From assembly GCA_965203905.1 (NCBI GenBank), contig CBDBDQ010000005.1, forward strand, positions 1,312,001-1,376,000: 64,000 nucleotides of DNA, in the 5' to 3' direction. The stretch is from Spirochaetia bacterium (GTDB lineage Bacteria > Spirochaetota > Spirochaetia > SZUA-6 > Bin103). Below the pieces are notes generated by a model. The model searched no databases. It saw only the letters and a list, made by a program, of their open reading frames with translations, and had not been told where the DNA came from. Below, piece by piece: positions 20,929-31,159 of the stretch (within the stretch, counting starts at the first letter, position 1; the number at the start of each line of letters is the position of its first letter). A program made the translations under genes and the position numbers.

Positions 20929-21786
20929 TCAAGGAGTCGGAGTCTGGCCGTCGTAGCGTTGTCTCGCTGCTGCACGAAATGGCCGACTAACCGGCACCAC
21001 CTCGCCGCTCGTGAGACGCAGCGCCATATGCCCGTCCGCCCGGCGCTCAACGGCCGCGACGTGGGCATGCGCGACCCAGCGGCCGCGGTGTACCTGCATC
21101 CCGCGGTCGCCAAGCTCCGCCATGGCGTCTCGGAAGCGCAGCAGGACAATCGCCGTGCCCGTCGTCGTGACCACGTTCACGTAGTGCCCGGCGGCCTTGA
21201 GGTAGACGACATCGCGCCCGACCTCTTCGGGTAGCCGCTGGTGGAACGCGTCTGGCTCAGCGGGCGGGCGCACTTCGGCGCCGTCGCCAAGGGCCGCCGG
21301 CGCCCGCGCGACGGGTTGCCGCGGCGCAGCAACCGAACCCTGGCGCAGTCGGATCACGTGGTAGAGCAGCGCTTGCGCCAAAATCAGGCTCGGCACCGTC
21401 GCGAGGTAGGCGCCACCAATAAGGGGGCGGAAGTCCCGGACCGGCTGCGAGTGCAGGTCCGCGTACAGGCTGTAGACCGCGTAGGTGATTGCCGCACAGG
21501 GCGCGGAGAAAATCACGGCCTCCAGCACGAACGCCGCCACGGTCTGCAGCTCCGTGCGGTCGCGCATCAGGTAGAGCACGGCGACGAAGCCCGCATAGGC
21601 GACCACCAGGTGCAGCCCGTGCGCCAGGGCGCAGTAGGGAAGCCGCGACAGCACCGGCAAGACGAGCGCTGTCCCGTAGGGTCCGATCAGCCCGCACATC
21701 AGCGCGAAGATGGCGGCAACCGCCGCCCCGACGCCGAAGATGGGCGCAGTAAGAGCCTCGCGGTACGCGAGTTGGCCGCCGCTCAC
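20929..21786 (-). CDS. membrane-anchored LytTR-family regulator
   Basis: About 4 TM helices, then DVVYLKAAGHYVNVVT...GMQVHRGRWVA...LTSGEVVPVSRPF; GTG start overlaps the upstream stop. Confidence 0.88.
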   Translation of the reverse strand: MSGGQLAYREALTAPIFGVGAAVAAIFALMCGLIGPYGTALVLPVLSRLPYCALAHGLHLVVAYAGFVAVLYLMRDRTELQTVAAFVLEAVIFSAPCAAITYAVYSLYADLHSQPVRDFRPLIGGAYLATVPSLILAQALLYHVIRLRQGSVAAPRQPVARAPAALGDGAEVRPPAEPDAFHQRLPEEVGRDVVYLKAAGHYVNVVTTTGTAIVLLRFRDAMAELGDRGMQVHRGRWVAHAHVAAVERRADGHMALRLTSGEVVPVSRPFRAAARQRYDGQTPTP

Positions 21787-21983
21787 GGGTTCGCCGCCGG
21801 CGCCGGCGCCAGGTCGCGGCTCGTGTCGTGCAGCCAATCGGGGTCCGCGACGTCCTCGTCCGGGTCCGGCTTCCAGGTCGCGCCCTCCAGCGCTACCTGG
21901 TGCCCGCCTCCGTCCGCCGCGCCCAGCACCTCCGCCGCGGTCGCGCTCCTGGTGCGGCACACGCCGCTCAGAAAGTGAGCCAT
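21783..21983 (-). CDS. small hypothetical protein, possibly translationally coupled to the LytTR gene
   Basis: 66-aa ORF with GTGA overlap. Confidence 0.35.
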   Translation of the reverse strand: MAHFLSGVCRTRSATAAEVLGAADGGGHQVALEGATWKPDPDEDVADPDWLHDTSRDLAPAPAANP

Positions 21984-22054
21984 TTGCCGCTTAGAAATTG
22001 ACCCACCCCCTGCAAGCGAACCCTCCGGGCGATAGGACGCCACCGAGCGGGTGC

Positions 22055-22250
22055 CTGCCCGCCTCAACGGCGCCTCGGGTCGCGCGCCGCCTCACGGCGG
22101 CGGCCAGGGCCGCCGGGATCGACGGCAGGATAACCGGCCACTCAGGCCGCGTCGGCCTAGCTTCCGAATTGACCGCGCGCGGCGCCAGCACCACCGAAAC
22201 CGTGCTGGCCGGTGGCTGGAAGACGGCCCCGCATGGCCGCGCACTGCGCC
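22055..22250 (+). pseudogene. C-terminal fragment of a Cre-like tyrosine recombinase
   Basis: RRLTAAARAAGIDGRITGHSGRVGLASELTARGASTTETVLAGGWKTA (HxxR motif and GGW), then frameshifted RMAAH. Confidence 0.75.
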
Positions 22251-22298
22251 GATCCACCCGATATCTGCGCCGCCCACGTCTCCGCCTGCGCAGGGCTG

Positions 22299-23294
22299 TC
22301 ACCCCGACAGCACGCGCCGCACCTCGTCCGCATCCACCGCCAGCGCCGCGGCGATCGCTTCGACATCCTGCCCCAGACCATGCAGGCTGCGGATCGCCTG
22401 CGCGAGCAGCAGGCCCCGCTCCTGCTCGGCCTGCTGCTGCGCCCGCTCCGCTCGCTGTGCCCGCTGCCGCTCCTGCTGCACCCGCTGCCGCTCCTGTGCC
22501 ACAAGGCGGTCGCGATGCTCCACCTGCCGCGCCAACAGCATCGAGTCCCGCAGCAGCAGGTCCTCCCCCTCCATGGTGCGCCGCACCTCTTCTTCCGCCA
22601 TCGCCTCCCGCAACTGCCGCAGCACGAACCCGCACTCCTCCGGATACTCCCCTTCCTCTATCGTCAGCACGTGCGCGTCACCCCGTCCGTCGCCCTTCAC
22701 CAGTCCCTGGTCGAAGATCGCCAGCAGCCGCTCCAGCTCGTCCCGCCGCCGGCTCGCCAGCCGCGGGATCTGGATGATGTGGCTGCGGTGATGGATCCCC
22801 TCCACCAGCGGATGGCTCGCCGCCAGCTCCCGCCCCGTGCGCCGCTCGGTCACCCGCGGACAGACGTCGATCACCGCCTCGTCCGACAGACCATCCAGCG
22901 CGTAGCCCAGGATGTAGATCGTCACGATCGGCACCGCCTCGGTGCGGCCCGAAGGGTGAGTGAGGATGTTATCCCCGCTGCCGATCTGTTGGCCCAGGTA
23001 GCGTCGGAAGCGCTCGATCACGGTGGGCGCGCTGGCCTTTTGAATCTCGATCAGCACCTGCCGCTCACTGCCGTCGGCGGTCTGCACCCGAGCCGCGAAG
23101 TCCATCCGCAGCAGGGTCAGCGGCAGGTCGTGCGCGGGGGCGTCCGGGGTGCGGCGGACGGCGGTCTCCTGCGGGCTGACGGTGAGCGACTGCACCGCCA
23201 GGCCGGTGATCCTGCCGATCAGCAGGCGCGCGACGCGGTCGTTCTGCATCAGGTACTTGAACACCACGTCGTAGATCGGGTTGGCGACGTCCAC
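22299..23294 (-). CDS. PD-(D/E)XK nuclease-family (Rpn/PDDEXK_2-like) protein with C-terminal coiled coil
   Basis: ANPIYDVVFKYLM, RMDFAA, LIEIQKA, IVTIYILG; QERQR repeats. Confidence 0.8.
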   Translation of the reverse strand: MDVANPIYDVVFKYLMQNDRVARLLIGRITGLAVQSLTVSPQETAVRRTPDAPAHDLPLTLLRMDFAARVQTADGSERQVLIEIQKASAPTVIERFRRYLGQQIGSGDNILTHPSGRTEAVPIVTIYILGYALDGLSDEAVIDVCPRVTERRTGRELAASHPLVEGIHHRSHIIQIPRLASRRRDELERLLAIFDQGLVKGDGRGDAHVLTIEEGEYPEECGFVLRQLREAMAEEEVRRTMEGEDLLLRDSMLLARQVEHRDRLVAQERQRVQQERQRAQRAERAQQQAEQERGLLLAQAIRSLHGLGQDVEAIAAALAVDADEVRRVLSG

Positions 23295-23344
23295 CCAGGC
23301 ATTGAACCTGCGCTCCACGGCGCGGGTCAATCGCCCGCCTCGAA

Positions 23345-23650
23345 TGGCATCCTGGTGACCGCCGGCAACGCGGAGCGTGCCGTGTACTTCACCGAGCGCG
23401 AGGACGCCGAGCTGGCCGGCGCGATCCGCTTGCACTCCCAGTCGCAGGGCGTCTGGCTGGAAGCCGAGACCCTGTGCTGGGAGGACGCCAGCCACCGGCT
23501 GTTCTCGGGACCCGAGGAGACGGTGGCGGTTACCCGCGACGACGGCTCGCAGGTGACCGGCGTCGGTCTCCAGGTCGACGTGCGCCGCAAGACAATCCGC
23601 TTCTCGGGACCCGTCAGCGGGACCCTGGTCGCCGAAAACCAGCGCGGAGG
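23345..23650 (+). pseudogene. fragment of the LptC-like gene (homology to 9745-10200 continues to ~23800)
   Basis: GNAERAVYFTEREDAELAGAIRL...RKTIRFSGPVSGTLV. Confidence 0.8.
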
Positions 23651-23794
23651 AGTAGGCGGGAGGCGCGCGGCCGGGGGCGCGGGGAGGCGGTGTGCGACGC
23701 TACGGCAGGTCGGTCATGCGCGGCAGGCGCCTGCAGCCGAAACCGGTGCGCTGGGACCGCCCGCGCAGCGGCGTAGCGCCCGCGCGGGCGTTGC

Positions 23795-24415
23795 AGCCTG
23801 CGGTGACACGATCCGCCCGCGGCGGTCGAGATGAATCAACCCCGTACCGGCATTCTCGAGAAGCTGGCCGTGCGCCGTCGCGAGGGCCCCGGATTCGACT
23901 AGCGCCAAGCGCACCCGCACGAACTGGCGTATGTGAGGCAACAGTCTCTTGACGAAGTTGAGCTGCTCCGACGACCAGTCGCTCCCGGCGACGGGATCTG
24001 CGACCCCGAAGATGATGCGCGACTCGAACGGTGCATCCATACGCACGTTCAGCCCATTCTGGAACCCGAAGCGCGGCATCGCCTCGTTGTACATCACCGA
24101 TTTCGCGAGATCCTGGCCGCGAAACGTGTCCCGGACGTGCGCGATCTGGCCATCCGGGAGTCGGCGCAGGCCCGGGAGATGATCGTCGACCGGGTAGTAG
24201 ATCCGGAAGTACTCGCGCTCCAAGGCCGTATGGTGCTCTCCGCGGTAGCAGAACCTCACGAAGACGATGTCGATGTCCGCGTTCGACGACTGACTGCTGA
24301 ACACCAGGTGATTGCCCTTCGACCCGAGGGCTTGGTCGATCAGCGCCGAGGTCGGCAGCCAGAGGGCCTCGTTGAGCGAATCGATGACGCGCTCGAAGGC
24401 ATCCTGGCGGTTCAT
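23795..24415 (-). pseudogene. PAS-LuxR paralogue truncated before the HTH and internally deleted
   Basis: MNRQDAFERVIDSLNEALW... homologous to 14895-16037; ends at HLDRRGRIV, fused to the LptC-flank copy. Confidence 0.85.
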
Positions 24416-24619
24416 TGCATTCGCACTCCGTGGAACATCGGGGCAGCGTCACTGCGCCCGCCGCGCCGAGCGTCGAGTCGTTGCGCGGGCTCGTGCGTCT
24501 CCCGGAAGGATGCTACAAGAACGAGAGCCGCTTGCCGCCCTCGGAATCGAGGGGGTGCCGGTCCCGCGATGCCGCGGGCCACGCGCGAAGATGGCGAAGC
24601 GGTACAGCTCGCCCTGACG

Positions 24620-25080
24620 GCCACGGCGATACGGTGGACCGACCAACGGCACGAACGTGCTCAGCCGCAATCGACGAGACCGTCGGTCCGGGCCACCCCG
24701 GCGTTGAGTTCGTCACCGGAACCGGTGACGACGGGATCCCGTCGAAGACACAGAACCGCGCCGCCGGAGAATTGCCCGACGGTGGGAACCGTGACCTTCG
24801 ATTCGCGCTCGACACAGGCATCGCCGACCTTGAGGTGTGGTACCCATCGGCCGTCAGCTGACCGGTGAGGGTGAAGTTGGTGAGTTGTGGACCGGCAGCA
24901 GCGTGGGACCGACCGTTGACGGGCGCATCGGCGTGGACGTCTCCGGCCCGGAGACAGGATCGTCACGACATACGCCCAGGGTCGTACTGGGCTTCCTTCA
25001 GGTCCAATCTCATCGTGGATGGCGGCGGACTGTATGGAGTTGCAGGGGCCGTGAGCGCCGCGGTGCCGGTGGTGGCAGGC
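24620..25080 (+). pseudogene. fragments of a subtilisin-like S8 peptidase
   Basis: AIDETVGPGHPGVEFVTGTGDDG...LEVWY, and GLYGVAGAVSAAVPVVAG resembling the catalytic-Ser region. Confidence 0.45.
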
Positions 25081-25145
25081 TTGTCCTCCCCCGTTCGGCG
25101 AACCGTCAGCGATCCGACCAGCGCGGCAAACGCGGACTGCGGGTG

Positions 25146-25460
25146 TCAGGCTGGCCAGGCGGGGTCGAACCGGGCGAAGAACGCGGCGGCGGTGTCGCAG
25201 CGCACCAGCCAGTCACCGACCTCGGCCAGCCGTTCCGGGTCTGAGATCGGCGCCAGCAGGTCGGCCAGGCGGGCGGCGGTGTCGGCATCGAAGCGCGCCG
25301 CCGCCTGCCGGCACAGCAGTGCCCGTTGCTGGTCAACTCCCTGGGTAAGGCCCTGTTCGCGACCTTCTGCAACGCCTTGTGCGCGGCCCTGTTCACGGCC
25401 TTCCCGGAGCCACTGCTTGGGCCATTCGGCGACCCGTTCGACCAACGATCGCGGCAGGCG
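25146..25460 (-). pseudogene. isolated C-terminal (DUF4351/RpnS-like) portion of an Rpn protein
   Basis: SLVERVAEWPKQWLREGREQG...QRALLCRQAAARFDADTA...LAEVGDWLVRC. Confidence 0.7.
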
Positions 25461-25531
25461 CACAGCGGCGCTCGGTGACCCGACACGATCGCGCCGCATC
25501 ATTCCGGAGGTGCGGCAGACGCTGCCGACGG

Positions 25532-27121
25532 TCAACGCGCCGAAAAGCGGATTCCCGCGTTCGCCGGCGGAGTGGGGGCGTTCGCGTCCACCCGGCCCAT
25601 CACCCGGATCTCCGACTCGTGGACCGGGGTCGGGGTGTAGTCCTGCCACTGCCGGACCGGCGGCGCGCCGGCGTCTCGGCGCAGGATGCGGACGCCGCCG
25701 AACTCCCGCTCCAGGGAGTAGCCGGCAACCGCCACCGCGGGGTCGGCCGACAGCACGTGACTGACCGCGGTGGAGAGCGTCGCCAGGTCCTGGCTCACGC
25801 CGCGCCCGGTGAACGCGTCGTAGAACGGGATCCGGCGATGCAGATAGTAGTAGCCGGGTAGGCTGTGGTAGGCGCGATCCACCTGCCACACCGCATCGAC
25901 ACCCGAGGCTCGCGCCAGGTACCGGTAGGCGGCGAAGACAGGATCCTGGACACGGCGGCGAATGAAACTCACCTTGCCGGTCTCCTGCGACCAGGCGCGG
26001 TACACCTGCTCCTGGTACGGCAGCGCGTTCAGCAGCCCGGCCAGGGACACGCCCAGGCACGCGGCGCCGGCCACGCTCGCCGCCCAGCGCAGCCAGGGCG
26101 TACGCCGCACCCTTGCGGACGCCGCCGCCACGGCGCGCGTCGCCAGGTCCGCGCCGAGCAGCAGCCACAGCGGAATCACGACGAAGATGAACCGGTATTC
26201 CTTGTGCGCCTGGAGCGAATGAGCCAGCAGCGCGATGGCGATCAGCGCGAGCAGCAGCCCGTAGCGCCGCGGCGCGACCAGGGCCAGCGCGAGGCTCAGC
26301 ACGCTGAGCCCGCCGCCGCCCAGCGTGAGCCACCAGAGGTACTGATACGGCGGACTCTCGCCCACCCGCCACTCAGCGATGACCATATTGAACTGGAGGT
26401 TGGTGAGGTAGGAGTGGAACAGGCCGCGCCCCCAGGTGAGTCCGTCGAGCACGCCGATCGCAAACAGGAGCATCACCGAGGCCAGGACCAGGTGCAGCCG
26501 GTCTCGGGTACGCCACAACACGATCCCCAACAGCAGCAACGCCAGAGGGGCGTACTGCAACCTTATCGCCGCCGCCAGCACGGCCAGGCCGGCCCCCTGC
26601 CACACCACCCGGGAACCGTCCGCGTTCGGCCGCAGGCACAGCGCCAGCAGTGCCAGCAGCGGCGCGGTCGCCACGAACTCGGTCATCGGCTTGTGTGCGA
26701 ACGCGACCAGCTCGTACCAGAAGGAGCCGGCCAGCAGTGCCATCCTGGCGGCGGCTTCCCCGAAGTGGCGGCGGCCGGTCCAGTACATGGCCGCCGGAAC
26801 CGCCAGCGACAGCGCGCACAACAGCAGCTTGACGGCGCCGACGTACCACCACGGCTGCCCGAGGCCGACCAGGTCGAACAGCTTGAGCACCCCCGCCACC
26901 ACGCCCGGCACCAGCCACGAACGTGCGCCGTAGAAGTACTCCCAGTAGATCACCCCGTTGCCGAACGCCAGCCGATGGGCCGGTTCCAGGTACTGCATTA
27001 TTTCGTCCGGGTGCAGCACGAAGTCGCCGGACAGGGCCACCGCGGCGCGCGCGGCGAACGCCAGCGCCAGCACCAGCGGCAGGTACTTCCAGGGCTGTTC
27101 GTCCCCGGTCCGCCGGTGCAC
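25532..27121 (-). CDS. GT22 (Alg9/PIG-B-like) membrane mannosyltransferase
   Basis: HPDEIMQYLEPAHRLAFG..YWEY..GARSW, many TMs, AHKEYRFIF. Confidence 0.88.
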   Translation of the reverse strand: MHRRTGDEQPWKYLPLVLALAFAARAAVALSGDFVLHPDEIMQYLEPAHRLAFGNGVIYWEYFYGARSWLVPGVVAGVLKLFDLVGLGQPWWYVGAVKLLLCALSLAVPAAMYWTGRRHFGEAAARMALLAGSFWYELVAFAHKPMTEFVATAPLLALLALCLRPNADGSRVVWQGAGLAVLAAAIRLQYAPLALLLLGIVLWRTRDRLHLVLASVMLLFAIGVLDGLTWGRGLFHSYLTNLQFNMVIAEWRVGESPPYQYLWWLTLGGGGLSVLSLALALVAPRRYGLLLALIAIALLAHSLQAHKEYRFIFVVIPLWLLLGADLATRAVAAASARVRRTPWLRWAASVAGAACLGVSLAGLLNALPYQEQVYRAWSQETGKVSFIRRRVQDPVFAAYRYLARASGVDAVWQVDRAYHSLPGYYYLHRRIPFYDAFTGRGVSQDLATLSTAVSHVLSADPAVAVAGYSLEREFGGVRILRRDAGAPPVRQWQDYTPTPVHESEIRVMGRVDANAPTPPANAGIRFSAR

Positions 27122-27377
27122 AGCAGCTTCGAGAAACGCCGCCGCGGACGACGCTAAAAAATGCCTCCTCCTGCGCGGCCGCCCCGGGTGCCGCACTCCC
27201 GGTGCGCAAACTGCCGCCCTGCCAGTCCCGTTCGGCATGACCCTCGCAACCGAAAGCGTACTACACACGCCGCCGTTACGCTTCCGAGCAGCGCATCAAC
27301 CCCATGCTCCGTCGGATAGTCTGCTCGGTATTGCACGGTGCGTTCGCGGCCGGATCCAGGACCAGGGCGCGCCCGAA

Positions 27378-27625
27378 GCTCCGAAGCAAGCGGTGGGGCG
27401 AGTTGGCCAACAAGATGGGTACCGTGGTCGAGGACATCGTCGCTCCCAGTGTCCGCCGGCTCGCGCGCGAGGTGTTCGAGTGTGGCGACCTGGTCTACAT
27501 CGCAGCTATTGGGTGGCCCAGGCCCACGTAGCTGCCATCGTACAACCGGACGAACTACGGCTCACTACCGGCGACATGGTGCCCGTGAGCCGGCCGTTTC
27601 GGCGCCACCTGCGTCAACGACATCC
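27378..27625 (+). pseudogene. fused fragments: DUF3782-like piece plus LytTR C-terminal piece
   Basis: KRWGELANKMGTVVEDIVAPSVRRLARE, then LHRSYWVAQAHV...LRLTTGDMVPVSRPF. Confidence 0.65.
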
Positions 27626-27797
27626 CGTTCGTGATGCATGAGCCGGGGCCGCGGCGCCGCGACGCCGCTACCACTCGGCCGCTGGTGCGGCACGAGTCGG
27701 CTTTGCGAGAAAACCGCGGCGGTCCGCGTTGATTTTCCCCGGCGGTGTCGAGGGTACCGGCAACGGGGCACTACAGTCGCCCGCAGGAGGCCCTCCC

Positions 27798-28646
27798 ATG
27801 AAGTACTCGCTTCTAACCGGCGCAGCCCTGCTGGTCTGCGCCGCCATGATCGGCTGTCGCGCCGCCGTTCCGACCCCGGAGCCGGAGCCCGAGCCGGAGC
27901 CGCTGCCCACCCTGCAAGGCACATGGCAGTGGACCGACAGCTACGTCGACGACCGCGACGGCCGCACCTACCGCGAGGTGCAAGTAGTGACGTTCACGGG
28001 CGCCGGGCGCTTCATCGCCTACAACGCGGTAGACGCCGACACGGGCGCCCGTATCGACGACTGGCAGGAATCCGGTGGCTGGTCCGCGACCGACACGACG
28101 ATAACTCGGACGTGGCTTGACGACCATGACGGCGACGACGAAACCCCGGCGATCCGGCGCGAGCAAGTGAAAGCCTACTACTGGCAAGAGGAACGGCAAG
28201 CGGTGTTCCTGGCGCCGGGATGGAGCGCGGATGCGGGCGCCGCCCCGCACCGGTACACGCGGGTGGCGGACCCCCTGGCGGCGCTGATCGGTACAACCTG
28301 GAACTGGCGCCGGAATGAGGGCTCCTACTCTCTGGCCGGTACGCTCACCTTCAACGCTGACGGCACTTTCGTGGCCGAATCGGTGCGCCCTGACGACACG
28401 CACCGCGTCGAGGGCGCCTACACGTGGGACGCCGAGGCGCTGGCCCTGGTTCCGAGCGATATGACGTTGACCATTACCCCCGCGGACGGCGGCGCACCGT
28501 CGACCGAATCGTTCGCGCCGGATGGTCCGTTCCGGTGGGCCGTTGCGCCGACCGACACGCCGACCGCCATCATCGTCTCCGCGCCCCATGTCGACGTGGC
28601 GTTCGAGTTTGGCGACTACCGGGACAGGTACGACGCGGCTCCCTGA
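27798..28646 (+). CDS. lipoprotein of the same family as 19259-20827
   Basis: SD AGGAGG, lipobox MIGC, (PE)n linker, LQGTW...VTFT...ESGGW, ends FGDY. Confidence 0.85.
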   Translation: MKYSLLTGAALLVCAAMIGCRAAVPTPEPEPEPEPLPTLQGTWQWTDSYVDDRDGRTYREVQVVTFTGAGRFIAYNAVDADTGARIDDWQESGGWSATDTTITRTWLDDHDGDDETPAIRREQVKAYYWQEERQAVFLAPGWSADAGAAPHRYTRVADPLAALIGTTWNWRRNEGSYSLAGTLTFNADGTFVAESVRPDDTHRVEGAYTWDAEALALVPSDMTLTITPADGGAPSTESFAPDGPFRWAVAPTDTPTAIIVSAPHVDVAFEFGDYRDRYDAAP

Positions 28647-28676
28647 GACGGCCTGAGACGGTTCCGTGGCGCCCCG

Positions 28677-28705
28677 GACCACCCCCGGTTCGGTCGGGGG
28701 TGGTC
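28677..28705. terminator. GC-rich hairpin after the lipoprotein gene
   Basis: GACCACCCCCG...CGGGGGTGGTC, 11-bp stem; no U tract. Confidence 0.45.
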
Positions 28706-28944
28706 GTGAGGCGAGAATGACGCGACTCCGGCGCGCGCCGCGAGTGACCGGAGGCGGAGCAGCGACGCGCGCCGCGAGACCATCCGCTTCTCGCGAGCCG
28801 TCAGCGGCACCGTGGTACCGGCGGCCTCGGGCGCCCAAGTGCGTAGCGCGCCGCCGCACTTACCAGTCGCCGCCTGTTTCTTCGGACGCCGTTTGAAGCG
28901 CCACCGACGCGCGGCCGTTGTCAGGTATCGGAGGTACCTGAATC

Positions 28945-29015
28945 ATGCTTCACGACGAGAACTACCAGCGCGCCTGTTCGCCTCACCGCTCATGGTCGAG
29001 CACCTGCTGTGCGCG
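28945..29015 (+). pseudogene. N-terminal micro-fragment of an Rpn protein
   Basis: SD GGAGGT, MLHDENYQR then frameshifted LFASPLMVEHLL. Confidence 0.55.
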
Positions 29016-29147
29016 CCGATCGCCGCGGTGGGGCCGCGCCTGGCTCTCCATCAGGCCCCGCGCAGCGCTGGTTCGCGGTCGCCATATCCTATCGATGGTT
29101 GAACGGCGCGCTCCGCAGGCGTAGGATAGAGTTAAGAGAATCTAGCT

Positions 29148-29948
29148 GTGCCTTTTACCGTTGAGGACTTTCGAGATTTGACGCGGCTTCTGGAAGCCAA
29201 GCCGGAGTGGCGCAGTCAGATCCGCCGCCTGGTGCTCAGCGACGAATTCGCTGAACTGCCGGAGGACTTGGCCGCGCTCCGTTACGCTACCGAGCGCCGG
29301 TTCGACAAGATCAGCAAGGCGCAGCAGCAGTTCGCGGAACACACCGCCGCTCTGCGGGAGACCCAGGCTCAGTTCGCGAAAGACCTTGCCGCTCTGCGAC
29401 GGGACACCGATTCGCGGTTCCAGGAAGTTGCCGCGCAGGTCGGCGAGGTTGCCAGAGAGCTCGCAGTATTGCCCCGTACCACGTTCGGCCTCGTCGATGA
29501 CGTGGGACGGTTGAAAGGATCCGATCTTGAGCGCCGCTACCGGGAGCGGGCGTACGCCCACTTCGGCAGCTTCATCCGCCGCGCGCGGCTGCTGACCGAT
29601 GACGAGCTTGCCGATGAGCTCGAGACGGGCGCGGACGACGGCGTGATCACCGAGGCTGACGCGGACGAGGTCATGTGGGCCGACCTGGTGGTTCGTGGCC
29701 GGCGCCGCGACTCCGGGAGCGATGTGTACCTGGTCGTGGAAGTCTCATGGGGCGTCGGGCCCGGCGACGTTGAGCGCGCCCTGCGTCGCGCGCGGATTTT
29801 CGGGCGCCTGGTTTCCCCAGTGTTGCCGGTAGTGGCAGGAGAGGCCGCGACCGCCGAGGCCGATCGTCGAGCTCGCTCCGGGGGCGTGTGGCAACTGCTT
29901 CATGGAAGGGTAGTTGCGCCCGACCAGGTGGCAACCATCGACAAATGA
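29148..29948 (+). CDS. coiled-coil plus PD-(D/E)XK-like hypothetical protein
   Basis: Heptad region, LKGSDLE, ADLVVRGR...YLVVEVS..V..GDVERA, PVVAG; paralogue of 56420-57151. Confidence 0.8.
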   Translation: MPFTVEDFRDLTRLLEAKPEWRSQIRRLVLSDEFAELPEDLAALRYATERRFDKISKAQQQFAEHTAALRETQAQFAKDLAALRRDTDSRFQEVAAQVGEVARELAVLPRTTFGLVDDVGRLKGSDLERRYRERAYAHFGSFIRRARLLTDDELADELETGADDGVITEADADEVMWADLVVRGRRRDSGSDVYLVVEVSWGVGPGDVERALRRARIFGRLVSPVLPVVAGEAATAEADRRARSGGVWQLLHGRVVAPDQVATIDK

Positions 29949-30351
29949 CGTCGTGCGCGACCGGAAAGCAGCGAACCTGAACGGGCCCCTTTATACCCGG
30001 CAGCTGAGCGCGCCGCCGAGCGCCAGTATCGCTCACGGACAGTCGCTCGGCACCACCGGGCACCACGAGCCCGACAGCTCCGCGTCAAGGTAGGCGATCC
30101 GATTGGGGATCGTGACGCTGATCAGGTCGACCATGGCCTCCGTTGCCCGCTCCGCTCGATACCGAACTATCAGGTACGGCACGAAACTCTCCACGAGGTC
30201 CTCACGTATCGGACGTCCCCGTAGACTGCGGCTGCCGGACCCAAAAGACGAATCCATCTCGGTCTGGACGGGCGTACCGAGGAAATTGCGCTGTCCATAG
30301 GTGCAATGTAGGCAACGAAATAGCGAGGCAGGGACTTTCTTTACCCACAGC

Positions 30352-30490
30352 CTACCGGAGCCGCGCGCTCGGTCTGGGCATGCGGTAGCCGACCCCGCGC
30401 TCGGTCAGGATATAGGTGGGCTTGGCGGGGACATCACCGAGCTTGCGGCGCAGAGTCTTCACCAGGGTGCGCACCCGCTCCGCATGCCCT
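30352..30490 (-). pseudogene. OmpR-type winged-helix C-terminal fragment
   Basis: VRTLVKTLRRKLGDVPAKPTYILTERGVGYRMPRP, paralogous to the end of the 31160 gene. Confidence 0.75.
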
Positions 30491-31159
30491 GGGCCCTACC
30501 GGCACTCTCGGCCCAGATGCGGCCGCCGTGGGCATGCCACGTTTCGCCTCGGTGTTGCAAGCGAAATGACCGACATTACCCTTCGACCTCTCGTCCGTAC
30601 GATGCGCCATCCGCGTGCTCTACATTGCCGTGGTCTGAGGTGCCTGATTCGCCACCTCGCAACCTCCACAATTCTCAGTTTGGTCGTCGGTTGACGAGTT
30701 CAATGAGTTCGATAAACCAACTCTGCCACTCTGTCGAAATCTTGGAAAGCTCGACCGTTTTTGCAACTCGAAGAATCTCATCTTGCTGTCTTTGCAGGTC
30801 CCGAACTCGATCCCGGATTTCGTTGAGTATGATTCGATCACCGTTTGTCATGAGAATCCCCTTCAAGTCGGCCACCGCGACCACAAACAAAGCACGCAAT
30901 CTGCGAATCCACCTCGTTCCTCCACGTTCGCCAAGGGGAAACCGGCTGGCGTACACCGCCCTCCGCCTGGACTTCCACCCCTCCACCCCTCACTGTCTCC
31001 ACCTGTTGAGAGACGGAGGGGTGGGCTATCAACCAACGGAATACTCTATAGGTGAATCGGATGTGGGCGTCTATGAACGACTGGTGGAGCTTGACGGTAG
31101 AACAGTGTCTTTGTAGTGAATTATTCCTGCCGCGGTACCCGTCATGGGTATCGCCGCCA

